A DNA stretch of 64,000 nt from an uncultured Chloroflexia bacterium (GTDB lineage: Bacteria; Chloroflexota; Limnocylindria; QHBO01), in contig CAWGTN010000002.1 in the NCBI GenBank assembly GCA_963825525.1, forward strand, positions 1 through 64,000, read 5' to 3'. The first letter of the stretch is position 1. Each line of letters starts with the position of its first letter. Below the pieces are notes generated by a model, which had not been told where the DNA came from, did not search any database, and worked only from the letters and a program-made list of their open reading frames with translations. Positions 31,724 through 40,911 of the stretch are shown piece by piece. Position numbers and translations under genes: made by a program.

Positions 31724-33061
31724 CTAGGCTGGCATCGGCTCAATGTTCTGGTTCAGGCGGAAGACGTTCGTTGGGTCATATCGCCACTTGAGCTGCGCTA
31801 ACCGTCGATATTTCGACTCGCCGTAGGCGTTTTGCGCCACGCCAGTGTCGGCCTGCTCGTTGACGTAGTTCGCTTCCATAGACAGCTCGCCGAGCCGGCG
31901 CGCGGTGCTGCGGCACCAGGCGATGGCGGCCTCATCGTCTTCCGGACGGTCCCATACCCCCTGCGAGATCCAATAGAACGCGCCAGCCCTGCCGCTGTAG
32001 GCAGTTGCGCCCTCAGCGACATCGCAGACGGCGCCACCAAGCTGCAGGCAGTAGATCTCCAGCCCAGGGAGAGGCATCTCCGCAAGTGAGTCCGCGATGA
32101 TGGCGATGACGCGATCGTCCATCTCGGCAATGAACCCTCCCTTGGAGTAATACCGCCGACCCCAAGGGAGGGCCTCGTCGCTCGCGCGCTGCAACTCGAA
32201 GAATGTCGTTTCCACATTGGGATCCTGGACCCCTCGCGGGAACGAGAAGCGTTCCACAGCCGCGTCCGCGCCGATCATCGACCCGGTCCAGATCGCTCGC
32301 AGCACCAACTCGTCCTTCGTGGCGACGAAGGCCGTGGTCAGCTCGCGTGGCGCATGTGCCGCCGCGTCGCGGTATCGCATCAGCGTCTCCGCAGTGGCTG
32401 CGGTTGGATGCGTCCAGCGCCTGATCGCGACGGACCCCAGATCGTGCATGCGGAACCTGAACCTGGTGACGACGCCGAAATTGCCGCCACCGCCGCGGAT
32501 CGCCCAGAACAGCTCCGGTTGTTCATCAGCGTCAACGCGCGAAAGTCTGCCGTCTGCCGTCACGATGTCTGCTTCGATGAGATTGTCGATGGTGAGCCCA
32601 AAGCGCCGGCTGAGATAGCCCATGCCGCCTCCCAGGGTCAGGCCCCCAACGCCCGTATGCGACACCACACCGGCCGGTGTCACCAGGCCGTAGCGTTCGC
32701 CCGCTGCGTCGACGTCGCCGAGCAATGCGCCCCCGCCGACTTCGACCGTCCTCGTCTGCGGATCGACGAGCACTGCGTTCATCCGTGACAGATCACAGAC
32801 GATGCCGTTGTCGCAGGTCCCGAGGCCCGCGAAGCTATGGCCGCCGCACCGCACGGCCAGAGGCAGCCCGGAATCTCCAGCGATGCTCACGATCTTCTGG
32901 ACATCGCTCGCCGTCGCGGCCTGCACGATCGCGCCAGGCATGCGTTCGACGACGGCGTTGTACACGCGACGAAGACGATCGTAGTCGCCATGGCTCGCAC
33001 CGACGACCGTGCCATCCAGCTGTGCTCGCGCCAATTGCCCAGCAACTGCTGTGTCGACCAA
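31724..33061 (-). CDS. FAD-binding oxidoreductase, BBE/VAO family
   Basis: VRCGGHS, TGVGGLTLGGG, LFWAIRGGGGNFGVVT, YVNE, KWRYDPTNVFRLNQNI. Confidence 0.93.
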   Translation of the reverse strand: MVDTAVAGQLARAQLDGTVVGASHGDYDRLRRVYNAVVERMPGAIVQAATASDVQKIVSIAGDSGLPLAVRCGGHSFAGLGTCDNGIVCDLSRMNAVLVDPQTRTVEVGGGALLGDVDAAGERYGLVTPAGVVSHTGVGGLTLGGGMGYLSRRFGLTIDNLIEADIVTADGRLSRVDADEQPELFWAIRGGGGNFGVVTRFRFRMHDLGSVAIRRWTHPTAATAETLMRYRDAAAHAPRELTTAFVATKDELVLRAIWTGSMIGADAAVERFSFPRGVQDPNVETTFFELQRASDEALPWGRRYYSKGGFIAEMDDRVIAIIADSLAEMPLPGLEIYCLQLGGAVCDVAEGATAYSGRAGAFYWISQGVWDRPEDDEAAIAWCRSTARRLGELSMEANYVNEQADTGVAQNAYGESKYRRLAQLKWRYDPTNVFRLNQNIEPMPA

Positions 33062-33203
33062 TGGATACCTCAAGTGGCATTCGGGGGCAGAAAGGCATTG
33101 GCGTCCGAGCGCGGACCCGCCGACCGAGTATGCACAAGAGCCTAAGGACAATTCCGACCTGCGACGCACATCCGGCTCGAACGGCTTAGGCCCAGCCAGA
33201 CAG

Positions 33204-33239
33204 CGTGGGAGAAACTTGACACTGACGCAAGCGCCCCTG
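33204..33239 (+). repeat. Cassette-boundary repeat R3 (degenerate hairpin)
   Basis: CGTGGGAGAAACTTGACACTGACGCAAGCGCCCCTG; 30/36 identical to R2 by manual alignment. Confidence 0.75.
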
Positions 33240-33345
33240 TGACGCCACAGCCAAGCCGTCGGGCTGAGGTGGGCCCAGACCGCCCTGTGGCGCCCAAGCG
33301 TGAGCTATCCTCCGCGCAAATCAGTGTGCGGGACCGGAGGGCGGT

Positions 33346-34695
33346 GTGGACATCGTGGCTGATCTGCGAGCGCGCACGCGGGGTGAGGTGTTGGCGCCGC
33401 GGGACGGCGGGTACGAGGCAGCCCGCGCGGCGTACAACGCATTGGCCACCGGCCAGCCCGCCTACATCTTCCGCCCGGCAGACGTGCCCGGCATCGTGGC
33501 GGCCGTCAGGTGGGCCGGGGAAGTCGACCTCCCCATCGGCGTCCGCGGAGGTGGCCACAGCGTGGCCGGACATTCGTCGCCGAACGGCGCGCTCCTCGTG
33601 GACCTGTCGCGTTGGCGTGGTGCCGTCGTCGATCCTGTCGCACGCACGGCGGAGGCGCTCGCTGGATCCCGGCTGATGGATCTGGACGCGGCGACTGCCG
33701 CGTACACGCTTGCGGCTCCTTCGGGCACGTTCATCGACACCGGCATCGGCGGCCTAACGCTGACCGGCGGCATTAGCTGGATCGTGGCCTCACAGGGATT
33801 CGCATGCGACGCTCTCATCGGGGCCAAGATGGTGACGATCGACGGCGACGTCATCGACGTCGACGACCAGCACGAGCCGGAACTGCTGTGGGGCCTCCGC
33901 GGAGGCGGCGGCAACTTCGGGATCATTACCCACCTGCGATACGCACTGACGCCCGTGCCGCGCATGTTCGGGGGAGCGCTCCGCTTTCGAGGTGCCGGTA
34001 TCCGTGACGTGATCATGCGCGTGTTGGAGATCGAAGCGACGGCACCCGACGAGCTCGTTCTGGCGATCGTTGCGTGGCGCGGAGAGGACGGCTCGCCGGG
34101 GATCTCGGTTAACTTCGCCTGGCGCGGTGACCCAGACGCCGGGGCGGCCGCTGTTCGCGCTCTTACCGACCACCAAGCTCTATTCGAGTCGGACGTCAAG
34201 GCGATGAGTTGGCTCCAGCAGCAAGCTCAATATGAGCCGATCCCGTTCGGTCTTCGTCAGTACTGGAAGGGCCATCTCGTCCGCACGTTGGACGAGACCC
34301 TGGCGGATGCGCTGATCGCGGCGGCGGCCGATGCAGGGGAATCATCTTTCTGCCTCGTGGAGCTCATCCACGGCGCCGCCCACCGCATTCCAGAGGCTTC
34401 CGCGGCATTTGGTGGACGTGCCGCCGTTGCCAATGTGACGGCGCTCGCCATCTGGGATGACGCGGAGGCTGACGAGCGGGAGATCGCCTGGGCGCGAAGC
34501 TTCGCCGACTCGGTGGCGCATCTCTCGCTTCGAGGCGGTGGGTACCTCAACTATCCCGAGCTCGATCAGACGGCTGCGCGGATAGCTGCAGCCTTTCCGT
34601 CAGCGACCTGGGACCGGCTGCGGCAGGTCAAGCTTCGACTCGATCCAGCCAACCGGCTGCGCTTCAACGCCAACATTCCACCGGCCGACGGCTGA
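33346..34695 (+). CDS. FAD-binding oxidoreductase, BBE/VAO family
   Basis: VRGGGHS, TGIGGLTLTGG, LWGLRGGGGNFGII, YLNY, LDPANRLRFNANI. Confidence 0.93.
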   Translation: MDIVADLRARTRGEVLAPRDGGYEAARAAYNALATGQPAYIFRPADVPGIVAAVRWAGEVDLPIGVRGGGHSVAGHSSPNGALLVDLSRWRGAVVDPVARTAEALAGSRLMDLDAATAAYTLAAPSGTFIDTGIGGLTLTGGISWIVASQGFACDALIGAKMVTIDGDVIDVDDQHEPELLWGLRGGGGNFGIITHLRYALTPVPRMFGGALRFRGAGIRDVIMRVLEIEATAPDELVLAIVAWRGEDGSPGISVNFAWRGDPDAGAAAVRALTDHQALFESDVKAMSWLQQQAQYEPIPFGLRQYWKGHLVRTLDETLADALIAAAADAGESSFCLVELIHGAAHRIPEASAAFGGRAAVANVTALAIWDDAEADEREIAWARSFADSVAHLSLRGGGYLNYPELDQTAARIAAAFPSATWDRLRQVKLRLDPANRLRFNANIPPADG

Positions 34696-34770
34696 AGGCC
34701 TTCACTCGCGCTCGCCAAGCGGCAGTAGCTTCCGCCAGCGAGTAGAGTCCGCCTGCTACCTTGGCCGCCG

Positions 34771-35103
34771 ATGAGTCGATCACTCCGCGCCATCGTGTCG
34801 CTTCCCCTCCTGGGACTGGCATGTATGGGCTGCTTGCTGGGGGAGCCGAGGGACACCAGCGGCGTCCGCATCGTGAATTCAAGTTCCGAAACCGTGACGG
34901 TGGTTGTTCTGTATCCCGAACCAGCGGGCGAGAGCGAGCTGACTACGTACCGCCCAGGTGAGTCGTCGGTGGAGAACAACATGCTCGACCGAGAAGGTGG
35001 TTGTACGCGCTTCGTCATGGTCGCCCGGACCGAGGATGGCACCGAGATCGATCGTCAGGCCGCCCCGATCTGCCGGCATGCGGAATGGCGAATCGGCGAG
35101 TAG
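34771..35103 (+). CDS. Small lipoprotein, paralog of 29253-29576
   Basis: Signal ending LACMGC; shared core with the upstream paralog; conserved Cys. Confidence 0.8.
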   Translation: MSRSLRAIVSLPLLGLACMGCLLGEPRDTSGVRIVNSSSETVTVVVLYPEPAGESELTTYRPGESSVENNMLDREGGCTRFVMVARTEDGTEIDRQAAPICRHAEWRIGE

Positions 35104-35106
35104 CCG

Positions 35107-35142
35107 CTTGGGTCGAACTTGACAGTGGCGCAAGCGATATTG
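35107..35142 (+). repeat. Cassette-boundary repeat R4
   Basis: CTTGGGTCGAACTTGACAGTGGCGCAAGCGATATTG; 30/36 identical to R2; starts 3 nt after TAG. Confidence 0.8.
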
Positions 35143-35361
35143 CCGCTCCACGGTCCGTGCGTGCACGTTCAGGCGATGATCGCCGTGTCGTCCGGCCGCT
35201 TAGGCGGTCGAGGTCCGTGATGTCGTTTGCGCCGCTTTTCTTCGGCGCGTCGTTGGCGACGCCGTTCGGCCCGAGTCAGGCGGTCTCGCGTCGTCGGCCG
35301 GCCTAGGAGCGATCGAAGCCATCGCAGCATCATCAGGCGCTATCAGATGGGCCCCGCGCTG

Positions 35362-35556
35362 AGGTGGGACGACGACGCCGGCAAGCGACACTGGAAGACG
35401 GAGGTGGTCGTCGGATCACTCGAGATGCTGTCGGGCCGATCGATGAAGGAGTACGCCCGGGAAGCTGAGGCCGTGGCCAACGCACCGGATGAATCGGCTC
35501 CGGTGGCGGCCAACGGCGCTGCCACCAACGATCTCGAGGCGGCGATCGCGATGTGA
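35362..35556 (+). pseudogene. ssb: C-terminal remnant of a single-stranded DNA-binding protein
   Basis: WDDDAGKRHWKTEVVVGSLEML matches the end of the SSB OB fold; no N-terminal half; hairpin 35561-35598 follows. Confidence 0.7.
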
Positions 35557-35712
35557 TCCGTCGGGCGACGAGCCATCCCCTCCGGTCCCGTCGCCCGATC
35601 AACGATCGACGCCCGCTTGCGTCAACGTCAGTCAGTACGGATGCGGCGCTGGCGGCTCGGGTAGCTCTTGACGCCGACCGGCCACTGACCGTCATGTAGG
35701 ATGCGCAACGCA

Positions 35713-35997
35713 ATGGAAACTGGTTTCATCCCCCAGTTGGCCGTAGTCGCCGTCAGTGCGGCCGCGGCGGCGGCTATCGCCATTTTCCAGCACTACAGCG
35801 GAAACAACTTCGTTTATCTGCTGGTCGGAATGGTTGTCTTCCTCGGCGTCCTAGGTTGGACAGATCCTGATCCAAACCTCCATCCATACAAGGTATTGCT
35901 GGCGGGCCTGGGAGCCGGGATGTGGGTGAGCGCCGTGCGTGACGAGTCACGACGTCGGCGGTCGGCCCGAGATTCAGATCGCACCATCCCGGGTTAG
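35713..35997 (+). CDS. Small membrane protein
   Basis: Three hydrophobic segments; TAGGAT shortly upstream. Confidence 0.6.
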   Translation: METGFIPQLAVVAVSAAAAAAIAIFQHYSGNNFVYLLVGMVVFLGVLGWTDPDPNLHPYKVLLAGLGAGMWVSAVRDESRRRRSARDSDRTIPG

Positions 35998-36196
35998 CTT
36001 GCCTCGACTCCGTCAGCGTCGCGGAAGGCTCGCGCCGTCGTTCTCTTGCTGTCCAGCCAGGGGACGATGGCCCTCGCGGACCGGAGGCTTTCAGGACTCC
36101 CGCGACTTCGTGGGGCGCCCGACCACCGTCCGGCGGCTGCTGGGTGCGGGCGAGGATGCGCTTCGATCCGAGCTATGGGGAGCTAAACCCCGGGTC

Positions 36197-36712
36197 TCAG
36201 TCCTCGTCGCAGCTGTCGGGCTTCGGGTCGTCCACGCACACAACAAACACGACGCCGATGCCCTCGCTCACCTGCTCGGGGCCACCGTTGATTCGGTAGT
36301 GAAGCCGGACGTTGTCGAGCTGATAGCGGCCTGGCCGCTCGGCAGTGATCTCGGCGACGATCCCGATGGTGTTGTCGGGGCTGTCGGAGCCGGTGAGGTT
36401 CGTGAAGGTGGCACCAGCCAGATCATGCAGCTCCTCGCCGATGAGACGGTTGCCGTCCGGCTTGAGGACGGGTGGGGAGAAGTAGAACTGAACGGTGGCG
36501 TCGTCGCCGACTCCGACAGGCTCCGCCGCGAGGAGTTCGATCTCGTCTCCCGGTCGAGGGGTCAGGAAGAGAACCGTGGTCGTTGCCGGTAGTCCCGGCG
36601 CAACGGGAACGCCCGCGCTGGTGTGGGGAGGCATCGTCGGGAGCGGGTAGGGATCTACAGCTTGCGCAGCGCAGGCTGTGAGAATGAATGTCAGTGCCGC
36701 GACCAACCGCAT
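36197..36712 (-). CDS. Hypothetical lipoprotein
   Basis: MRLVAALTFILTAC lipobox; GGAGGG RBS; C-terminal Cys pair. Confidence 0.7.
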   Translation of the reverse strand: MRLVAALTFILTACAAQAVDPYPLPTMPPHTSAGVPVAPGLPATTTVLFLTPRPGDEIELLAAEPVGVGDDATVQFYFSPPVLKPDGNRLIGEELHDLAGATFTNLTGSDSPDNTIGIVAEITAERPGRYQLDNVRLHYRINGGPEQVSEGIGVVFVVCVDDPKPDSCDED

Positions 36713-36945
36713 GTCAGATCCCTCCCTCGCCAACGACCCCGGGCAGCTTCGTCGAAGACTGGGCCCCCGCAATCCGCGCGTCAACGGTACGGTTCGCCGC
36801 CAGCTCGTCACGGTAGCCCCGGAGGCGAGTGGCATGAGTCAGGCTGAGCGGCTCTGTGACGGGTAGTGCCGGTGTGCGCGAACTGATCGTGGAGCCACGA
36901 GGTCGCAAACTTGGCCCCTCCAGCGTCCAGTAGACTCATGGACCT

Positions 36946-37326
36946 ATGACCCGACTCATCGTCCTCGGTCTCGCCATCGTGCTCGTGGGCTGTGGAGCTC
37001 CCACTGCCCCCAACTCCGCCGTCGACCATCACAGCCGAATCGAGGTGGTCAACTTGTTGGAGTCTGGCGCACCACCCGAACGCGATGAGTTCGGCAGCGT
37101 CGTGCTGCCCAACGAGTACGCCCATCTATCGGACATGGGTCTGATCGAAGTGAGAGACGATCCGTTCATGGTCTTCTTCACTACGTGGGTCGGGGGCAGT
37201 CCAGACCCCTACTGCGGTTACGAGTACTCCCCGGACCCTGCGGCCGTCGTGCTAGACCCGAGGGCAAGCGGTACCGGCGAGGCTGAGCCACTCGGAGGCG
37301 GGTGGTACTGGATCTGCGCCAGCTGA
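36946..37326 (+). CDS. Hypothetical lipoprotein
   Basis: MTRLIVLGLAIVLVGC lipobox; YCGYEYSPD...LGGGWYWIC. Confidence 0.7.
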   Translation: MTRLIVLGLAIVLVGCGAPTAPNSAVDHHSRIEVVNLLESGAPPERDEFGSVVLPNEYAHLSDMGLIEVRDDPFMVFFTTWVGGSPDPYCGYEYSPDPAAVVLDPRASGTGEAEPLGGGWYWICAS

Positions 37327-37352
37327 CCCTGGAAGGGCGGAGCCTGGCGTGG

Positions 37353-37853
37353 TTACATGCTTGCCCCGCATCGACGGAGGATCTCGTCGACAACGTGGTC
37401 GATCGGAGCGCTGGCGTCGATGACAACGCCGTTCTCCGGGACGTCGCCCTTCGTCTGATGCCATCCCACGATGAGTTCGCGTTCGGTCGGCTTTCCGCCA
37501 CCCCACTCCTCGTCCGGTCGCTCGTCCAGCCGCCGCTGCAACGTGGCGAGGTCCACTTCGAGGACAAAGACTTCGTCGAACAGATCGATGAACTTCGAGA
37601 AGTTCCTTGATCCACCGCAGAAGAAAGTGGCCGTTTCACTCTGGTCGGCGACCAGGGCTCTCACCTTGTCCACATCCCAGATGTGGTGCTCGTGTCCGCC
37701 GACCTGCGTAGCTTCACCCGTTGCCGGATCGCCCCGGTAGGCCAGCTCGCGGTCACCGTGAATGGCGTGGTGGCCGCGCCGCTGAAGCTCATCGCACACG
37801 GACGTCTTGCCGGTGCCCGAAAGACCCTCGATCAGGTAGTTCTTCCTGCCCAC
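37353..37853 (-). CDS. P-loop nucleoside/nucleotide kinase-like protein
   Basis: Walker A EGLSGTGKT; FFCGGSRN; LQRRL. Confidence 0.8.
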   Translation of the reverse strand: MGRKNYLIEGLSGTGKTSVCDELQRRGHHAIHGDRELAYRGDPATGEATQVGGHEHHIWDVDKVRALVADQSETATFFCGGSRNFSKFIDLFDEVFVLEVDLATLQRRLDERPDEEWGGGKPTERELIVGWHQTKGDVPENGVVIDASAPIDHVVDEILRRCGASM

Positions 37854-37944
37854 GTGCTGGAGAATACGAGAAGCCCGCGAGCAGCGATGAGTTTCGCGTC
37901 GTCGGGTGGTCATACCGTCCACCCGGTACCGAGAAGGACATCCG

Positions 37945-38508
37945 ATGCGCAGCGTGACCTATTCCATGGGCGTCTCACTCGACGGCTACATCGTGGGACC
38001 GGACGGCGGCTTCGACTGGACGACGCCCGACAAGGAGGTCTTTCGCTTCTGGATCGACGAGATCCGAGATGTCGGCGTCCACATACTGGGACGGCGCCTG
38101 TACGAGACGATGCTGTACTGGGAGACCGCCGACCAGAATCCGTCGCTTGACGACGATGAGCCCGAGTGGGCCGCGCTGTGGAATCCGCTTCCGAAGGTGG
38201 TGTTCTCCACCACGCTGTCGGCGGTGGAGGGCAATGCCCGTCTTGCGTCCGGCGGGTTGGCGGAGGAGGTCGAGCGACTGCGGGCCGAGCCGGGTGAGGG
38301 CGACATCGCGATCGGCGGCGCGACGCTCGCCGCCGAGGCGGCCGAATTGGGTCTCATCGATGAGTACCGGGCCATCGTCCACCCGGTGCTGGTCGGGGGC
38401 GGCATTCCGTTCTTTCCCCGGCGCGAGCGTCGGGTGGATCTCGAGCTCGTCGGGACGCGCACCTTCAACTCGAGATTCGTCTTGCTCAGCTACCGCGTCG
38501 CGCGTTAG
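37945..38508 (+). CDS. Dihydrofolate reductase/RibD C-terminal family protein
   Basis: SLDGYI, LGRRLYE, PKVVFSTTL, GGATLA, IDEY, PVLVGGG. Confidence 0.9.
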   Translation: MRSVTYSMGVSLDGYIVGPDGGFDWTTPDKEVFRFWIDEIRDVGVHILGRRLYETMLYWETADQNPSLDDDEPEWAALWNPLPKVVFSTTLSAVEGNARLASGGLAEEVERLRAEPGEGDIAIGGATLAAEAAELGLIDEYRAIVHPVLVGGGIPFFPRRERRVDLELVGTRTFNSRFVLLSYRVAR

Positions 38509-38517
38509 GCCGAATGC

Positions 38518-39393
38518 TCAGGCGTGCGCGTCGCGCCGGTCGCTGACCGTGACGCCCAGCGCCGCGACGGTGACGCATGCGACGGCAAGCACGCCCGTCG
38601 GGCCCATCGCCTGGCTGAGCAGAAGCGCGCCGACCCCCGCGGCAACCACGGGCTCCAGGGTCACCAGGATGCCGTAGGATCGCGCCGTCATCCGCTGCAG
38701 CGCCTCGAACTCGAGCGACAGCGGCACCGCGGTCGACAGGATCGCGACGGCGAGGGCCGCACCCAGCAGGCCGAGATCGAGGCCACCCAGGCCGCCGACC
38801 ACCACCTCCACGGGCAGAACGACCAACGCCGCCACCACCATGCCGATTGCCAGGCCCGAGTTGCCCGGCAGAGCTCGGCCGATGCGCTGGCTCATCACCG
38901 TGAAGCCGGCCCAGCACAGCCCGGCCACGCCGGCCAGCGCCACACCCACGGGGTCGAGCGAGCCGCCGATCTGCGGCGTCAGCAGGACAATGCCGAGGAA
39001 AGCGAGCCCGATCCAGGCGAAGTCGCGCCCGCGACGCGAGGTGGCCACGGCCAGGCCCAGCGGCCCGACGAACTCGATCGCGACCGCAATACCGAGCGGA
39101 ATCCGCGCGATGGCCCCGTAGAAGGACAGGTTCATGAGGGCGAGGATCGCTCCGTAGGTCAGCAGCGCCCCAACGTGGTGACGCGCGTCCTCCCAGGCAA
39201 GCGAGTGCCGCGCCACGGCCATGACCAGCACCGCGGAGAAGGCCAGGCGCAGGAAGGTTGTCCCGACCGGGCCGAGCACCGGAAAGAGGTTGACCGCGAC
39301 GGCGGCGCCGAGCTGGATGGACACGATCGAGACGAGCAGGAGCCCGGGCGGTGGCACGGCAGCGACCGCACGCGCAAGCGCACCTCGGGTCAT
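38518..39393 (-). CDS. EamA/DMT transporter, RhtA-like (start approximate)
   Basis: SIQLGAAVA, RIPLGIAVAIEFVGPL, LEFEAL, LEPVVAA. Confidence 0.88.
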   Translation of the reverse strand: MTRGALARAVAAVPPPGLLLVSIVSIQLGAAVAVNLFPVLGPVGTTFLRLAFSAVLVMAVARHSLAWEDARHHVGALLTYGAILALMNLSFYGAIARIPLGIAVAIEFVGPLGLAVATSRRGRDFAWIGLAFLGIVLLTPQIGGSLDPVGVALAGVAGLCWAGFTVMSQRIGRALPGNSGLAIGMVVAALVVLPVEVVVGGLGGLDLGLLGAALAVAILSTAVPLSLEFEALQRMTARSYGILVTLEPVVAAGVGALLLSQAMGPTGVLAVACVTVAALGVTVSDRRDAHA

Positions 39394-39655
39394 GGGATGC
39401 AGCGGCAAAAGGACAGGATCGACTTCCTTCTGATCGAAAGTGCAGCTTGCATTCGGCATCGTCCTCGGACGAGGGCTTGGGTAGCAGGCGCGATCGTCAT
39501 CGTGTGGCTTCTCGGTTCATCGACCGACCCGCATAGATGTTGCCGCCAACCGAATACGTGACCGGGGCGAATGCATTGGTACCAACGGGGTGGATTCGAA
39601 TCTGCCCTGGGATAGAGTGGAGCGGCACCTTCGGCAGATTTGAAAGTGGGATCCG

Positions 39656-40162
39656 ATGAACACGCACACGCCGCGCCCCGTTGTGACGCACATTGCGCGG
39701 TTCGGTCGTCGGAAGGTGTTCATGACGGCTCTCGCCATCATGATCACCGGTTGCTCCGGCGAGGCGACTGAGGTCCAGATCGATGCGGGAACCGCTCCCT
39801 CCGGCGCTTGGTCGGCATGGGTATACGACTCCCTCACTTCCGGGGTCTGCTTTGAGGTAAGACCGAGCGGACATGATCCCGAACGGATCTGCGACCTCGA
39901 TGCCGGCAACACGGGGATATGGCGTCCAGACAGCAACGAGGGAGATGTCGAGTTTGTAACCGGGACGACCGCGGAGGCCAACGTAAGCCAGGCTGTGGTC
40001 ACGCTCGACGACGGCCAACAAATCAAGGCCGATGTCGAAGAGGCCACAGGAGTTTCGCCGCTACGGTTCTTTGTCATTGCGATCCCTGCCGGAGCGCAGG
40101 CGCGGCAACTTGACCTCCTCGATGTTGACGGGACGGTCCTCAACAGCCAGCCCCTGGGGTAA
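39656..40162 (+). CDS. Hypothetical lipoprotein
   Basis: Basic N-terminus, hydrophobic stretch and ITGC lipobox; internal Cys pair. Confidence 0.6.
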   Translation: MNTHTPRPVVTHIARFGRRKVFMTALAIMITGCSGEATEVQIDAGTAPSGAWSAWVYDSLTSGVCFEVRPSGHDPERICDLDAGNTGIWRPDSNEGDVEFVTGTTAEANVSQAVVTLDDGQQIKADVEEATGVSPLRFFVIAIPAGAQARQLDLLDVDGTVLNSQPLG

Positions 40163-40197
40163 GGACTCGGCCGCTGGCGTGTCTGCTTCTGCGCCAC

Positions 40198-40803
40198 TCA
40201 GCCGGCGGTCCCGAACGTCGCGCGCCCTGCCGGTCGGTAGGTCAGGATCGTGACGCCGGACGGCGTCGACCTCGACTCGATCAACGTCAGGTCGTGCGTC
40301 TGGCCCTGCTCCGGGAAGAGCCGAAGCCCGTCGCCCACGACGACGGGGTAGATCCACAGGTCAAGCTCATCGATGAGGTCGCGCTCGAGCAGCCATCGCA
40401 GCAGTGCGCCGCTGCCATGGACCTGGAGCTCGCGCCCGGGCTTGGCCTTGAGCTCACGCACTGCAGCCTCCGCGTCGTCCGAAATGACGTGGGTGTTCTG
40501 CCACGTCGGGTCCGTGAGCGTGGTCGACGGCACGTACTTGGGCAGGACGTTGATCCCGTGAGACACCGGATCACCCGCGTCATGGTGTGGCCAGTACGGC
40601 TCCCATATCTCCCAGGTCTTGCGGCCGAGCAGCAGCGCGTCCGCGCGCTCGAACCCCGCCACGATGGACTCCCACCCTTCCTTATCGGCGTACGGCATGA
40701 TCCATCCTCCGCGGTCAAACCCGCCGCGGCGGTCCTCATCAATGCCGCCGGGACCCTGGTACACGCCGTCCAGGCTCAGCATCATCCTGGCTGTCAGCTT
40801 CAT
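40198..40803 (-). CDS. Dihydrofolate reductase/RibD C-terminal family protein
   Basis: SLDGVYQGPG, LLGRKTWE, PKYVPSTTL, HGSGAL, PVVVGDGLRLF. Confidence 0.9.
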   Translation of the reverse strand: MKLTARMMLSLDGVYQGPGGIDEDRRGGFDRGGWIMPYADKEGWESIVAGFERADALLLGRKTWEIWEPYWPHHDAGDPVSHGINVLPKYVPSTTLTDPTWQNTHVISDDAEAAVRELKAKPGRELQVHGSGALLRWLLERDLIDELDLWIYPVVVGDGLRLFPEQGQTHDLTLIESRSTPSGVTILTYRPAGRATFGTAG

Positions 40804-40911
40804 CGTCTTCGCTCCATGGGGGTGATCATCGGCTGTTAGACGGCCTTGCGGACCGCGTCTCATCGGCGAGTCACAGAGGCCGAACCCATCACCCGCCCGT
40901 AGAGTATCCGG

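Noticed and set aside
29176-35142. 36-nt repeats as a CRISPR array or classical attC sites
   Set aside because: Spacers are 0.4-3.6 kb and contain genes; no cas or intI genes are visible; attC core motifs are absent.
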